From: a virus
IMG/VR virus record: IMGVR_UViG_3300034073_002480
Span: 32,001 to 96,000 of that record
Direction: 5' to 3' (one strand)
Length of the DNA: 64,000 bases
Position 1 is the first letter of the stretch, and each line of letters starts with the position of its first letter. The translations under genes and the position numbers were made by a program. Of the stretch, positions 29,576-39,927 are shown piece by piece. The notes below the pieces were generated by a model. That model saw only the letters and a program-made list of their open reading frames with translations. It was not told where the DNA came from and made no database searches.

Positions 29576-30220
29576 CTATATTAATTCTTTTTCTATGTTG
29601 GTGTCAATATCATAGAAAAAACAATCGGTGTCGGCAGAAACCCATCTATCACCCATAACTTCAACACTTAGGAAAGAAGTATCAACTTTCCATTTAGATA
29701 GTTTTTGTATATCCTTGTTAGTCACCCAATTACTATCGCGCCACAATAACCTGTTGTTAGGCATCAGATACAGCCGACCATCATCTCCAGCAAGCAAGTG
29801 TCCACACTTATAATCTTGAGGCTCATCACTGTAGCTATTATCGAACCAATCAATAGTGAACATATAAGTTGCTTCGATATACGTCCTGTCTTTAAGTGTG
29901 ATTTGGCACTTATGATACTTCAGAAAATCATAGGTAACAACATGAGCATTTTCACTAAACATATCCCATAGCTGGTGATAGTGGAAAGGTATGTCAGGGG
30001 TAGTGGGTACTTTAGTATAGACTTCAGAAATAGGTACTCTACTTCTCATAGCGCCATTATCGGCAAGCACATGGAACGTCAGTATCTTGCCACTGATGGA
30101 CTGTACAGCAAAGCATATAACTTCATACCAGTTATCTTTGTCCTGTTCATTCTTTGTGAACCAAGATTCACGTACCAAAGCACGAAAATGAGGGATGTTA
30201 AAGTTCATACTAAAATTCAA
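29576..30220 (-). CDS. Conserved hypothetical phage protein
   Basis: 214 aa with motifs TFHV...GA..SRVPIS, QLWD.FS, YMFTIDW, K.GH, PNNR. Confidence 0.65.
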   Translation of the reverse strand: MNFSMNFNIPHFRALVRESWFTKNEQDKDNWYEVICFAVQSISGKILTFHVLADNGAMRSRVPISEVYTKVPTTPDIPFHYHQLWDMFSENAHVVTYDFLKYHKCQITLKDRTYIEATYMFTIDWFDNSYSDEPQDYKCGHLLAGDDGRLYLMPNNRLLWRDSNWVTNKDIQKLSKWKVDTSFLSVEVMGDRWVSADTDCFFYDIDTNIEKELI

Positions 30221-30764
30221 AATCTTCTATATCTTGACTCAAACCAACAAAACCATAGTCAGGGAATTTCGCCCGTATTTTATCTATATAACCAACACCA
30301 AAGGCTTCTTGTACCTGTCTAATTGTTTTCTCTTCTACGGTCTTCAGAAATTCTGGTGTAAAATAAGTAGTTTGATTTTTATACCATATACGACAGATAG
30401 ATAAAGAAAAATGTGATAACACAGACTCAATGACAGGTTTACGCATTACCATAACTTGCACTTTTTGACTATCATAATAAAAAGTTAAGATCCACTTCAA
30501 TCTATCACTTTTTATATAATCATCATCGTCAATAAAGTCAGCACTGTGAGCTTGGCTATTATCAATTAAACCTAAGTCGTATAGTCTCCGATGTAATTCT
30601 GATAATGACATACTGCCTATATACATATAGAAGTCAAGATCGGTAGCTTCACGACCAAAATACCAGTCTCTAGGCGCACCACCAGCTAAAATACAGAAGG
30701 GGTCAATAGCTTCTAGTTTTGTCAGGAGAATATTAGCTATAAGTTGTTGTTTTTGGATGTCCAT
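30210..30764 (-). CDS. Class II nucleotidyltransferase head domain (CCA-adding / poly(A) polymerase-like)
   Basis: LAGGAPRD...TDLDFY motif; likely start MDIQK at 30764. Confidence 0.75.
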   Translation of the reverse strand: MDIQKQQLIANILLTKLEAIDPFCILAGGAPRDWYFGREATDLDFYMYIGSMSLSELHRRLYDLGLIDNSQAHSADFIDDDDYIKSDRLKWILTFYYDSQKVQVMVMRKPVIESVLSHFSLSICRIWYKNQTTYFTPEFLKTVEEKTIRQVQEAFGVGYIDKIRAKFPDYGFVGLSQDIEDFEF

Positions 30765-30765
30765 A

Positions 30766-30999
30766 TTAACCTGCATCATATAAACGATTACCAGCAAGAT
30801 CGAGAGATGGTTCAGCATCAGAAGATAGTGTAGAGTCCCATTTGAATTTTGGATGAAAATCACCATCACCATCAGCATATATAGCTACTTCTCTAGAAAT
30901 ACCTGCTCTGCCAAGTTTTTCCATATGTTTAAGCATCGATAGGAAATGTGGAATCCATCGGTTCTCCATTTCGATTTCAATTGTAAATTTAGTTACCAT
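30766..30999 (-). CDS. Hypothetical phage protein
   Basis: 77 aa, GISR...YADGDGDFHPKF. Confidence 0.6.
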   Translation of the reverse strand: MVTKFTIEIEMENRWIPHFLSMLKHMEKLGRAGISREVAIYADGDGDFHPKFKWDSTLSSDAEPSLDLAGNRLYDAG

Positions 31000-31008
31000 A
31001 GAAAAGAA

Positions 31009-31038
31009 AAAAGAGGCTAGTTGTTAGCTGCCTCTTTT
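31009..31038 (-). terminator. Rho-independent terminator (potentially bidirectional) after hsp20
   Basis: AAAAGAGGC...GCCTCTTTT inverted repeat flanked by A/T runs. Confidence 0.7.
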
Positions 31039-31058
31039 ATTGTATGTTGTGTGTTTGA

Positions 31059-31538
31059 TTATGCTAACGATTCGAGATCAGACAAACGTGCGCTGAGTGC
31101 CTGTTTTTTCGTTTGTACAGGGCGTTGCAAGGGAATTTCAACTACAAGTACACCTTGGGAATAATAGAGCTTTAGAGAGCCATCTAAAGCCACTTGTTGT
31201 GAGTACAAAATAAAATCCTGTTGATAAGGTTTAGCAGTCTCTTGTTTACTGTGATCTGGTACAGAATAGTTGCCCAAAGGTTCTTGTGTAGCTTTGATTG
31301 CAATTTTGTGAGCCGATGTTTTGTACTGGGATGTAGTTGGTTCTACAGTGACAGTGATAGAGTCTTTAATCAAACGTGGAATTTCAAAAGCAAGTGTGTA
31401 TCTAGCGCCATCACTGGATACCGAGCCTGTATATGTTAAAGCTTCTGTGAACGGTGCAAAAAATGCATCAAAAACATTAGGGATCGATGATGTGTTTTTG
31501 CGCTTGTCAGTAAAATCGGGGATTGATCCATAAATCAT
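31059..31538 (-). CDS. Small heat-shock protein (Hsp20/alpha-crystallin-like)
   Basis: FDAFF N-terminus, FEIPRLIKDSITV, YSQGVLVVEIP. Confidence 0.7.
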   Translation of the reverse strand: MIYGSIPDFTDKRKNTSSIPNVFDAFFAPFTEALTYTGSVSSDGARYTLAFEIPRLIKDSITVTVEPTTSQYKTSAHKIAIKATQEPLGNYSVPDHSKQETAKPYQQDFILYSQQVALDGSLKLYYSQGVLVVEIPLQRPVQTKKQALSARLSDLESLA

Positions 31539-31923
31539 AGTTATAATGTTCGTAGTGTTACGTTCATCTTTTATTCTACGGTCTTGGTCTGTAATATGGG
31601 TACGGTTGTTGCGAAATAATTTGTAGTGTTTACTCTACAAAGGGCTGTAGTAATCAAAAATACTTTCTGTGATTACACCATCCTCTAACATACGGTCGAG
31701 CAGCAGTTGTTCATAGTTGTCTTTTTGTTTGACTAGATGTTGTGCTTGTTCAATGTAATCCAGTATAATGTCACAAGCTATTCCGACAGACCTTTTATAA
31801 CGTTCAGCATCATTTCTAACGTCACTATAACCAGAGTTAAAAGTAAACTGTAGTTCAAATTCTTGGATAGCTTTTAATCTGCTTATAATAGTGTCAAGAA
31901 AGATGTCCTCTAACTCTCGATCT

Positions 31924-32301
31924 TTAGTCTTCCTCGTCACAGTACTCCTCCTTATATAATAAGTACAAACGATCCCAGTCTATGTTTACACATATAGGAC
32001 TAGCCTGAGATATAGCTGTTTTTTCTACCTGTTCTTTAGTTTTATCTTGACCAACATAATAAGTACTATTAAATAAAACTTGTGTATGGTCATAACCTAC
32101 ACGTTGATAAATAATGCTAGTCTCTTGCCAACTTTGCAGACCTTCAGAAGACTTTTTAACAGTTATAGTTTCATCTTGTGCTAAGTCGTATTTTATAGCA
32201 TATTCTATAGCTTTTTGTTCATCCAACCAAATAGCTACTATATGCTCTGAATGGTAGTCATCATAGGTATCTCGAAAATAAACTATATATAGGTTATTCA
32301 T
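31924..32301 (-). CDS. Hypothetical protein, tandem paralog B
   Basis: MNNLYIV...SPICVNIDWDRLY is similar to the neighbouring ORF. Confidence 0.65.
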   Translation of the reverse strand: MNNLYIVYFRDTYDDYHSEHIVAIWLDEQKAIEYAIKYDLAQDETITVKKSSEGLQSWQETSIIYQRVGYDHTQVLFNSTYYVGQDKTKEQVEKTAISQASPICVNIDWDRLYLLYKEEYCDEED

Positions 32302-32668
32302 AATACTTCACAGCCCTATTATACAACTGATCCCAGTCAACATCTACACACATTGGTGAATAGTTATTGATAACAAGTCTGATGAACTGTTCTTGTTTCA
32401 TATTTGGAGAGTAAAACCATCTAGCCTCTTGCCACAAAGCTTCTTGAGGATCATAATGTTCTCTCCTGTAGACATAATCATGTTTAAAATATTTTGGAGT
32501 GAAACAAACACCGATCTCTTCTTTAGTTACAAACACAGCACCGTTATGTGGTAAATACGCAAAAGAAGCATAATCCACAGCATCTTTCTTATCTGCAAAA
32601 ATGATCTGCAAATGGGGACAAGAATCATTGTAACCATCCCAAATCCATACTAAATACAAGTTACTCAT
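32294..32668 (-). CDS. Hypothetical protein, tandem paralog A
   Basis: MSNLYLV...SPMCVDVDWDQLY. Confidence 0.65.
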   Translation of the reverse strand: MSNLYLVWIWDGYNDSCPHLQIIFADKKDAVDYASFAYLPHNGAVFVTKEEIGVCFTPKYFKHDYVYRREHYDPQEALWQEARWFYSPNMKQEQFIRLVINNYSPMCVDVDWDQLYNRAVKYYE

Positions 32669-32821
32669 ACACTACTCTCCCTGTCTTACAGCATACAACT
32701 TTTGGCTTAGATCGAACACCATTACGAAAAGTATTAAAGAACTCAACTTTTTTAATTAAAAATTCCAGATTGTCACTGTAAAACCAGAAATCATTTGACC
32801 TTAGCATCATTTTATATTGTT

Positions 32822-33436
32822 TCATGATAATATTTTACGCATCATTTTTTTGTACTTAGGATGCTCAAGATAGTAGTCCAAACAACGATCCAGCAACCGT
32901 GTCTGTACCTGTGTACCTTTTGTCTTGTATGTTGCTTTGAGCATACGCAGTGCCTCTTTGGTGTTGTAAGCCTCCAACACAGTTATAGGATAACCAGTGA
33001 CAACCTCATAGCCCAAATATAGATGAGTAGGTTTTTTCAAAGCTGGTGGTTCTAGTTGCCATAAGTCACGCTCCTCTACTACATAACCTCGCTTGGCATA
33101 TATCTTGTACCAGTACTTAGCTATCTGCAAAGCCCGTCTGTAAAGAAACACAGGATCATATCGCTTCTGGTCAGTAACGTCGCCTGTTTTAACACACAGA
33201 TACCAGTTATGTGGCGACCAGAACTTCAGACGCTCTCTTTCTAGTGTGACATCATCCTTGGCGAACAACACGAAGCCCCATAGAAAATAAGGTCTTGATG
33301 TTGGTCTATCTTCGTCATAACAAATAAGCTCGATCATATATGCGCCTAATCGCCCTGATGGATACCGTTTGTAGGCATAGGGCAACCGTATATGTTCACC
33401 GTGTGACTTAAGTAGTTGTGGATGTACAAGTTCCAT
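32822..33436 (-). CDS. Basic hypothetical protein
   Basis: 204 aa, Lys/Arg/Tyr-rich ORF. Confidence 0.55.
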   Translation of the reverse strand: MELVHPQLLKSHGEHIRLPYAYKRYPSGRLGAYMIELICYDEDRPTSRPYFLWGFVLFAKDDVTLERERLKFWSPHNWYLCVKTGDVTDQKRYDPVFLYRRALQIAKYWYKIYAKRGYVVEERDLWQLEPPALKKPTHLYLGYEVVTGYPITVLEAYNTKEALRMLKATYKTKGTQVQTRLLDRCLDYYLEHPKYKKMMRKILS

Positions 33437-34295
33437 ATCTATCTTTTATTCATTTCTTTGTAAGCATAGTCATAACCGCACATAATAGCGTTGGCAAACC
33501 AAGTTGTCATAAAATCTTCATCAAAAACTAAGGGGATATTATTTGCTTGGATGGTTTTAATGAACTCTTTAGCCCACTCTCTTGCATCAGGATTATCGTT
33601 TAAATGCATTTTTTACCTACTACTTTGTGCTGGAAATTGCCATGTTGTGTATATGGGTTCTTCATTAACAAACATGATGTTATATTTATTATAACCCTCA
33701 CGATCATACCAATTATCGCTATGTTCATCTTTTTTGTGATATAGTACGTCATTTTTGCTGATACCCTTGTATAGATTTCAGAGGTAAAGGCGCACGAGGT
33801 GCAGTTGTGTCGATGTGAGACATATTAACCACAAGCTTTGTCATACGGTTGACTACCCAGTTATGACAAGCTGGTTGTTTACTTTCAGACTTAATATGCA
33901 ACACACCTTGGATCTGGTAAATCGCTGGTTGGTCGCCAGTAAACATTATAAAATCGCCTTTGTGAACTTGTAAATCAGTTGCCAGAATTTGATCTACAAT
34001 CTCACCTTGATGGTCATAAAAATAGTGGTTCATGCCTCTCCTGTCAATAATTTACCAAGCAGTTTATATACTATACCAGCTTCTTCCAGACCGAGACTGA
34101 TACTATCTTTAGCCTCATACTTCTGGGTTTCGGGTGATCTCTCTTGATATGAAATTGTAACACCTTTTCTATCAATGTCAGACATTTCGTTGGTCAATAC
34201 ATATCTGTAATCATCACAACATCCTTCTGGGTATATGTGGTAAACTGTAACAATATCTGTCATACTATTTATAGCCCTTTCTTTCTACGGTATTT

Positions 34296-34550
34296 ATGGA
34301 AATTGATATTCTCGATTCGTTCACACCTTCTCAGATGCATGACCCTTACACAGCTATAGATATGCTAGTAAAGGTTACAGATTTGTTACATAGAATAAAA
34401 GCAGATCCTCAGAAGGTTGACTCATTGGTTGATGATCTCTACACGTTGTCATCTTTCATTGCTAACATTAATATCCGTGACCTAGAGATCGATGTGGATG
34501 AACGTACACTAGATATGTTGGACGATGAGATAGAAGATCCCTATAAGTAA
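34296..34550 (+). CDS. Small acidic protein, lone plus-strand gene
   Basis: 84 aa with 21 D/E vs 7 K/R; no minus-strand ORF of 60 aa or more overlaps it. Confidence 0.55.
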   Translation: MEIDILDSFTPSQMHDPYTAIDMLVKVTDLLHRIKADPQKVDSLVDDLYTLSSFIANINIRDLEIDVDERTLDMLDDEIEDPYK

Positions 34551-34669
34551 TAAGTCATGCACTAACACCAGCCAGAAGCCTGATTTTGTTACTCTGGCTT
34601 CGTGTTCTGCAATAGCGAGATCGATTTGTTTTTGGTCAATCATAAATTTGTGTATATCTTGTGCTGTAA

Positions 34670-35017
34670 TCATAGTGGATATGCCTCTTTATTTATAGTC
34701 CATAAACGACCTTGTTCTTTATGAAAATGCCATAAAGAATCAAGACGTACTTCTGACCAACTTTGTCTCTCCCGTAGATCCAGAGTTTCATGATTATCAA
34801 AAATAACTACAAAATGTTCTGGATCACAATAACCTTCAGAATCACAGTATTCTCGTTCATGGTATTTGTCGATAACGTGGACATTGGTATCTGTTGTTAC
34901 AATATATAACTGGTTATATTGCCCGAAACACCATAGAAAGAAAATAATGATAGTCAACAAAAAAGCGCCAGCCACCAAGTTAAATGTATCTTGGTCTAAA
35001 TCCCAGATTCTACGCAT
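34670..35017 (-). CDS. Membrane-anchored hypothetical protein
   Basis: N-terminal hydrophobic helix LVAGAFLLTIIIFFLWCF. Confidence 0.55.
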   Translation of the reverse strand: MRRIWDLDQDTFNLVAGAFLLTIIIFFLWCFGQYNQLYIVTTDTNVHVIDKYHEREYCDSEGYCDPEHFVVIFDNHETLDLRERQSWSEVRLDSLWHFHKEQGRLWTINKEAYPL

Positions 35018-35278
35018 AATTCCTCGTCTATTAAATACTGATCAAATACTGCTTTGTTAATCATAGTAGCTGCTATATCTCTCTGTTCATCAATAATACA
35101 CTGGTGGCAAGCTATAGCATGATTAGTGCAATCTCCAAAGTGTTTTGAGCCATCATTTTCTTTCATATAATTATAAAACCAGTTGAAGTAATGTTTTAAA
35201 TCACTAGCTTTGTTAGCTTCTAATGAGTCAGTAGTTTCTACTACAGCGTATAGGGAAGCTGCCATAAAATCCACAAGC

Positions 35279-35872
35279 TCAGAGTACATTCGATTGCCAA
35301 TCTGTTGCATATATCTGTTCGGGGTTTCCATAGAATCCTTTGTCATACACAATAAACATGGAGGTCACATTGTCACTACCTTTGCTGTCATAGCGAGGTC
35401 GTGGGTTGTAGATGATTTGGTAACGACAATGTTTTGCATTTTCTTGTAGAAATTGCGCTCTTGTTCGTGTTGGTTCTAGCCATGTTAAGCGTGGTATGAA
35501 AGCGAGTAACTCTACATGTTGCCACACCAAAGGTAGGATAGCGTCTTGCACATTATAGGGGAAATTAGTGATGCAACAATCCCACCACCTATCTCTTACA
35601 AAACCTTCGTAGTCAAAGTACTGGTACAATGCCTTTTGTTGGTTGTTATTAGATTTGTAAGTTGCATCATAATGTGAATCAGCATCTTTCGTAAGGTCAA
35701 TATCGTTGGTTGTATATACTAAATGTGGGTACTTCTGTTGCACCACATCTCGAATATGACCATCACCGACACAAGGTTCCAGCGCTGTTCGGTACTTGGT
35801 GAGATCTAAATACTTCAGCAACTCTAAAGTCAACCCTTGCTCTGTGTAGTAAGCATCATGTTGTCTACGCAT
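35279..35872 (-). CDS. SAM-dependent DNA methyltransferase (adenine-type)
   Basis: DAYYT, LEPCVGDGHI (motif I), ITNFPY (NPPY-like). Confidence 0.75.
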   Translation of the reverse strand: MRRQHDAYYTEQGLTLELLKYLDLTKYRTALEPCVGDGHIRDVVQQKYPHLVYTTNDIDLTKDADSHYDATYKSNNNQQKALYQYFDYEGFVRDRWWDCCITNFPYNVQDAILPLVWQHVELLAFIPRLTWLEPTRTRAQFLQENAKHCRYQIIYNPRPRYDSKGSDNVTSMFIVYDKGFYGNPEQIYATDWQSNVL

Positions 35873-36174
35873 CTGTGGTATCCTCAAACTCTACTTGGTC
35901 TGCCAAAATGCTGTAGTCTGTGGTCAACAACGACTTGAACTTCTGCCATACGAGGCGTTGACCAGTTCTGTGTGTAAGTGCCAACATAGGTCTTTTCCTG
36001 AGTCTTTCCAAAACACTGCAACAAGATTGTTCGATCAGATGGTCAGGTAAACCATAATCAACATTCTCGGAGAAAATAATCTTTAGCATAGTAACCAACC
36101 TAAAATAACAACAACAAATATACAGCCCCAAACATAGAAGAAAAAGTACGTCAGGACTGTATATAACACGGTAA

Positions 36175-37005
36175 TTAGACCGTAACTACCGTTTCATTAT
36201 GTTCAAGCTTATATCGCTTAGATTGCCAACCTTGTAGATTAGCATACATCTGGTCGTCATCCATATTCTGTGCAACGTGTTCAAATGGTGATAAATGAGG
36301 TGGTTGTGCAGTAGCAAGGTAGTCATGTAATGCAACATCTTTCTCAGAATCACGAGTACCATCATGTTGTAAATATGATACTCTTGCACACCGCCCTACA
36401 GATATTGCAATTAGTTTAGCAAAATCATCTAGATGATGCATTATCTCAACTTCAGATACAAAAGGTAAATGCCAACCACACTTGTTAAACTCAGCAGGTA
36501 AGGAGTCATTGTATGCAGCTTGCATGGTTTCAGCCAATACACGAATCTCTGGCTGCGCGGCAGGATGACATCTCTGTGCAAAGAAATTACTGTAATCTGT
36601 TGCTGTCACTAGAGTAGTAATAGTGTTGAAAGGCTCAAGCAAACGATTAACTACTTGCTTATGAACACCAAGCTCTACTAACTTTCTGGCAGAGGCTAGT
36701 GCATTTTCACGAGCATAATCCCATGCTAGTATAGCTTGTTGCTTAGTTATTGCATCGACTTCAGAATAAGCTTGCATCCCTTTTTGGTTAGCACCCCAAT
36801 GTAAAGGATACAAACCCAAATCCTCAACATATTTAATATTCTTTTCTACGGGGATTGCACGACTACTACTAGCATTGCGTGACCACATTCTGTAAGTCAT
36901 CACTTCCGAATGAATGTAACGATGATATGTCAATGCAAATGTAGTTAATCTACAACCATTACTATTTATAGAATCAGCAATGATTTCTGCTTTTGGTTGG
37001 AACAT
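36175..37005 (-). CDS. thyX: FAD-dependent thymidylate synthase
   Basis: RYIHSEVMTYRMWSRNASSSRAIP, HKQVVNRLLEP, AQPEI, CARVSY, HLSPFEH. Confidence 0.9.
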   Translation of the reverse strand: MFQPKAEIIADSINSNGCRLTTFALTYHRYIHSEVMTYRMWSRNASSSRAIPVEKNIKYVEDLGLYPLHWGANQKGMQAYSEVDAITKQQAILAWDYARENALASARKLVELGVHKQVVNRLLEPFNTITTLVTATDYSNFFAQRCHPAAQPEIRVLAETMQAAYNDSLPAEFNKCGWHLPFVSEVEIMHHLDDFAKLIAISVGRCARVSYLQHDGTRDSEKDVALHDYLATAQPPHLSPFEHVAQNMDDDQMYANLQGWQSKRYKLEHNETVVTV

Positions 37006-37758
37006 TATAAAGCACCTAAAAAACAATAAGATGGTAAACCAGCATAGTCCGTGGTAAGCAGATTATTAGCGGCAATCCACTCACGACATTTTTCTTCTAC
37101 GGGAAAGCCCAGATGGATCTCACCTCGTATATTTCCTTTTTTGACAAAACCAACTTTAAATAACTGCATATTTTTCTCGTATTAAACCTTGTAATGTACC
37201 AAAAATAAAACAAGCAACATCGTTATTAGCACCAGTTCTTATGTTACCTTTTGAATCCATTGTATTTTGTAATGGTTTACCTTCTTTTAACAACTTCTCT
37301 ACATAATCATCTAATCTAGGATCAAACTCATACTGTAAAATTTGTTTATAAAATAGTGCAATCTCACTATCTAACCAGCCTTCTGTAGGTATAAATACTT
37401 GGTATGGTTTACCTTTTGTTGAGTAATCAGCAGCGCAACCTTCACTTCGTTTAGTAATGTACACACCTTGTTTTTGTAAGATACCAAGCCCCCATAGTGT
37501 TTCATGAATAATCATCTCACACTGTCGTTTTTGTAGAGGTTCTTGTAACCATTGTTTTATGTGCATTTTACAACCTCTTTCTCTGTAAAACATTCACAAA
37601 AACCGTCAGCGTGATCCATGAATACCGCTACATTATTATCCTCTTGAAACAAAAGACAAGCAAAACCCATATGGTCACGCATACTACCTTTACTGTGTTT
37701 GAGGTTGTTCCAAGGGTGTTTTCTTACTTCCACACAGTATTGGCAATCAGCGCAAGTT

Positions 37759-38556
37759 CTACCATTTGTCCAGTCTTCCATATTCTTTATATTCTATGGG
37801 TAAAGATTCATATGTGATATATAGTGAAGGATAAGCTTGTTCTATAGAGTCCAAGTAAGGTAAAAACCATTCGTTAGGTGGTATATAGTCATGAGAGTCA
37901 CGTACACCTCTATTGCTTGAAAGATGAATTTCTCTAGCTCTTGTCGTTGCCAGCAAACACTGTGCTATTGTCTGTTCACGGTTATTGCGAGTCCAAATAT
38001 TCACATGGCTGTAGTCGATACAAAAACCGTGTCGAGCAATATCAGCTTGCAATATAGACTCCAAATTATTATAACATGGTGCATTAGGCAACATATTTTC
38101 TAGTACAATATCGAAGTATCTGTTGTCACATAGTTCCCAATCGGAAGGATCATCTTTAGCTAAAGTATAATCAAGCTCATACCAGTTATCATGTTTAAAA
38201 TTAGTAAAAGAAGCATCTGTCCACATAGCTGTGGGTTTATGGCTCTTGTACGAGTGTATCGACCACAAAGGTACATTTATATCCTCAGCACAGAAAAGCT
38301 TGTGTAAGGCGAAATACTCCGCAATGCACGAAGGGTAAGTTTCTTGTTTACGACCATCAACAAACCAAAATGCATCATGCCAAAGCACTGTGTCAATATT
38401 GTGGTGTTTGATCTTCGGGATGTCATCTGTTGTGAAGTTGATGCCTACCGCCAACTCTAGCCCCGATAGAGACAAGGGTTCTTTCAAGATTTGGTAGATT
38501 TCCAAAAATTCGTCGAAGCTACGACCTGTACAAGCTGTTGCACTTAGAACTCGCAT
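37759..38556 (-). CDS. TIM-barrel (xylose isomerase / AP endonuclease 2-like) protein
   Basis: LENM, CIDYSH, EIHLSSN...DSH, YE metal-ligand pattern. Confidence 0.6.
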   Translation of the reverse strand: MRVLSATACTGRSFDEFLEIYQILKEPLSLSGLELAVGINFTTDDIPKIKHHNIDTVLWHDAFWFVDGRKQETYPSCIAEYFALHKLFCAEDINVPLWSIHSYKSHKPTAMWTDASFTNFKHDNWYELDYTLAKDDPSDWELCDNRYFDIVLENMLPNAPCYNNLESILQADIARHGFCIDYSHVNIWTRNNREQTIAQCLLATTRAREIHLSSNRGVRDSHDYIPPNEWFLPYLDSIEQAYPSLYITYESLPIEYKEYGRLDKW

Positions 38557-38557
38557 A

Positions 38558-39383
38558 CTAACCTCTTACTAAACCCGCACTATTTTTAGATGTATTTAAC
38601 ACTAATTCTGTTAGTTCTTCTTGTGTTGACAGACTATTAAGAATAGTGTCGATTCGTGCTTGGATTTCAGCATCTGTTGGGTATGGTCTGTAGATACGTT
38701 CATAGTGTGACTCGTTAATGTCTACAGGATAGTAAGTTTTTGTACTGAAATCAGGATGCATACAGTAGTCAAAAAAACTACTATTCATTTCATATTCATC
38801 ATCATGATCGAGGTCACTATTTAAAACATCAGAATCTGTGGTGAGTCGATAGGATCTATTTTCAACCTCCACAAAATAATTACCATTATCGTCACCAGTA
38901 GCTTCAGACCGTAGAAAGAAAGATTTGATAGTAGGGTTCTGTAGCCACCATTCTAACTGACTGACTTCTAATACTTTTTCTTGCAATTCTTTAACCAGCA
39001 TAGTTAGGATTCCTCATTGTTTCGTTGTCGTAGTCAGTAAAGTTAGGGTATTCATAGCACCAATGACTTGCATTGATGTCACGCATATAGTAATCATAGT
39101 CATCATCAACACTACCATCATCATCGGGATACATGTTTATATTATATGAATTACAGAAAGACTCCCATTTTGCAAGGTTAGCATACAACCAATCTTCGTT
39201 CAGTTTAATATGTGAAGGGTAGAAATTGTTATAGTGACCGCCCTCATCATTATAGTTACTACTAACTACACACTTAAACTCCAGAATATGAGGTCTTGCT
39301 GCCCACCATTCTTTCACCTCAATTTCGTGTAACTCCGCCTGTAGTTTGGTGATTTTCTCTTGTAGCTTTTCTTTCTTATTCAT
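38558..39383 (-). other. Pair of paralogous acidic hypothetical proteins (38558-39001 and 38991-39383)
   Basis: Both start LQEK...WW..P.I..F followed by D.G.Y segments. Confidence 0.55.
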
Positions 39384-39384
39384 A

Positions 39385-39927
39385 TCACACCTTCTTATCT
39401 GTTGAACCAAAAGAACCTGCACCACGTTCTGTAGTGTCATGTGCAGTGACAATAAATGTGCGATCAATCTGTCTGAAAACGGGACAAATTATCTGTACAA
39501 GACGCATACCCTTGGGCAACACAGAGTACTGAAAACCTGTTTCTGGTTCGGTGTACAAAGGTAATGGCTGCTCGACACGTAAATCATGATAGTCCAACGC
39601 TACAGCTAAACTACCCCTATAATTCTTGTCGATAGTGCCTATAGAATTAGACAACCTGACGGCTAGTTTCTTAATAGAGCTACGAGGAACAATTAAAAAG
39701 TCAATAGATTCCTGATCTTCAAAATATTGTCCCATATAATCACAATCAGTTGTCGTTTCCCAAGCTGTAATAATAACTTGTAGGTTCACAGTTGTCTGAG
39801 CTTTGAAATAAACCTTTGTGTCCTCTGGTAAACCTAAATCATAACCACAATCACCTGCGTAATTATAATCGTGGTCGCCATAGAAAGAGAGGGTTTGAGG
39901 GGTTAATGGTTGGATGTTAAGTTGCAT
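39385..39927 (-). CDS. dut: Trimeric dUTPase
   Basis: GYDL, PRSS, GTIDKNYRG, RLVQ, RGAGSFGST. Confidence 0.92.
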   Translation of the reverse strand: MQLNIQPLTPQTLSFYGDHDYNYAGDCGYDLGLPEDTKVYFKAQTTVNLQVIITAWETTTDCDYMGQYFEDQESIDFLIVPRSSIKKLAVRLSNSIGTIDKNYRGSLAVALDYHDLRVEQPLPLYTEPETGFQYSVLPKGMRLVQIICPVFRQIDRTFIVTAHDTTERGAGSFGSTDKKV

